NCBI GenBank assembly: GCA_963849325.1
Contig: CAWKHF010000009.1
Coordinates: 64,001 to 128,000 of the forward strand
Source of the DNA: an uncultured Planctomycetota bacterium
Lineage (GTDB): Bacteria > Planctomycetota > Planctomycetia > Gemmatales > Gemmataceae
Reading direction: 5' to 3'
DNA: 64,000 nt
This document shows, piece after piece, positions 62,402-64,000 of this stretch. The first letter of the stretch is position 1, and the number at the start of each line of letters is the position of its first letter. Under the pieces are notes generated by a model, which was given only the letters and a program-made list of their open reading frames with translations, was not told the DNA's origin and did no database searches. The position numbers were made by a program, and so were the translations under genes.

Positions 62402-63780
62402 TCACTCCGGCTGCTCCTCGCGCAAACGCAGCAGTCGCTCGACGAAGAAGGACAGAGCGCCGCCGGTGAGAAGGCAAACCACGTTGATGAACTGGATGCC
62501 CGTGAGCAGTTTGAAGAACAGGGCCAGGACGATGACGGCGGCGGCCCCGATGCTCAAAAACGCCCAGTCGCGCTGTCCGGGCGCAGCTCCTGCCACGCCG
62601 CTTTCAGTTGCGGACTCAACGGGCCTTCGCCGCCGCGAGGTTCGGCCGCCTCCGCCGCCGCTTCGCCCTTGTCGGCGTCCGTTTCCTCCGCCGCCGCGAT
62701 GGGAGCGGGCGCGGGACGAAGATGGGCCAGGTGTTCTTCCGGCTGAACATTTCGACTTTCTTCCTCGTGGGCCAGCAATACACGCAGACTCTTGGCGGCC
62801 CGAGCGGCCGTGCTCGGCCGCTGCGCGGGATCGGGATCGATCAGCGACTCGACGAACGAAGCGAGCATGTCGGGGACATCGGGAGCCAGTTGGCGAAGGG
62901 GGACAGCCCGCAAGGCCGCTCCCGCCGGCGCGTCCGCCGCAAAAGGAGACTGCCCGGTCAAGCTGCGATAGAAGACGCTACCCAGGCGGAAGAGATCGTC
63001 GCGTGGAGGAGAAGGCACTTCGACGTCGCCGGACAGAGGATCGCGGCCGGCCGATGACATTCCCGTGTCATCGAGGGCCGACGGGTCGAACAGGGAACGC
63101 GGCACTCCCGCATGGAGGATCTTGACCGTGCGGGCCTTGCTCGCCGTCGATTTGCCGGCGGCGGTCAGAAGAAAGCACTCCGCATCGAGCGGTCCCGTCG
63201 AGACCTGCTTCTCGTGCAGGGCTTGCAGCCCGAGCAGGGCCACGGCGAAAAGACGAGCGGCGGGGATCGGCTGCAACTTGCCGCGGCGGGCGAGGATGTC
63301 GGCCAGGGTATCGCCCTCATCGAACTCGCGCACCAGGTAATGCCGTCCGTGCGCCTCGCCGAAATCGAGCGTCAAGCCGACGTTGGGATGGCGGACGGTC
63401 ATGGCCCGCTCGGCGGCGAGGCGAAAGGCCCGCACGCCCTCGGGACGGGCAGCCCAATCCGCCGACAGCACTTCCAGCACCACCGGCCGACGCACGGGGT
63501 CCAGAGCCAGGTACGCCCCGGCGAAGGGACCACTCGAGAGATGGTCCGCGAGCTGATATTGGTTCAGACGCAGCAGTTCGCCCTTGCCGTCGCGCAGCAT
63601 CCGAAAGGCGAAGCCGCTCAGGTAGCCGTTGACGGTCAACCACTGCCCAAATCGATCCAGGTTGGCCGCATCGGCGCGGCCGGGCTGGAACCAACGGGCC
63701 CGCAAGCGAGACAGGTCGGCGGAGGAGAGCAGCTGAAGTCCAGTCATCATCTCGCAGAGCTGTTCCACCGTCGGCGTCAT
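62402..63780 (-). CDS. Ser/Thr kinase-like protein (probable pseudokinase) with C-terminal TM hairpin (frameshift near 62578)
   Basis: Kinase fold cues (HPNV, YLVREFDEG.TL, LTGQSPF, DP.QRP) with degenerate catalytic motifs. Confidence 0.78.
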
Positions 63781-63850
63781 GGCAGCAATCCGTAAGGGAG
63801 TAGGGAGTTTGATTGTTGAAGAGTATACGGCTCGACCTCTTCCGCGTCTT

Positions 63851-63918
63851 CGTTTAGCCGCGACGCGCAGCGGAGCGCGGGAATACTCCCGCGCTCCGCT
63901 GCGCGTCGCGGCTAAACG
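63851..63918. repeat. REP/REPIN-like palindrome family A, copy 3
   Basis: Perfect 32-bp arms CGTTTAGCCGCGACGCGCAGCGGAGCGCGGGA around loop ATAC. Confidence 0.9.
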
Positions 63919-64000
63919 GGAACGTTGTGTCAGCCAGCAAGAGGCGTGGCTTGCAACCCGTGCGTTTCGGCATAGAAGCCGTCGGCGTCGAGCAGGTCGT

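Noticed and set aside
63920..64000. Possible 3' part of a further gene at the window edge
   Set aside because: Too short to assign

Overview
High-GC bacterial chromosomal segment, very probably from a planctomycete of the Gemmataceae type. Evidence is the DUF1559, TIGR02996, DUF4058 and Uma2 proteins, Ser/Thr kinases, and H4MPT-linked C1 genes mptG and fae. Most genes are housekeeping or metabolic: carB end, adh, mog, pxpA/pxpC, def-fmt-rsmB-miaB-glnE, nikR, lacD-like aldolase, fae, sirC-ccsA-hemA. Less ordinary parts are: (i) a tandem array of four exported HEAT-repeat + beta-propeller paralogs behind a PPIase (20-30 kb); (ii) a 36-44 kb island with four sigma-54-type promoters in front of stress, glycan and small-protein genes; (iii) a membrane-anchored HTH protein with a long acidic repetitive linker; (iv) a membrane pseudokinase; (v) at least six families of small palindromic or tandem-repeat intergenic elements, some inserted in or ending coding sequences. 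About 18 single-base frameshifts in about 15 otherwise intact genes are most likely long-read assembly errors. No rRNA, tRNA, CRISPR array or transposase was seen. All family assignments come from motif recognition by eye, not database searches.
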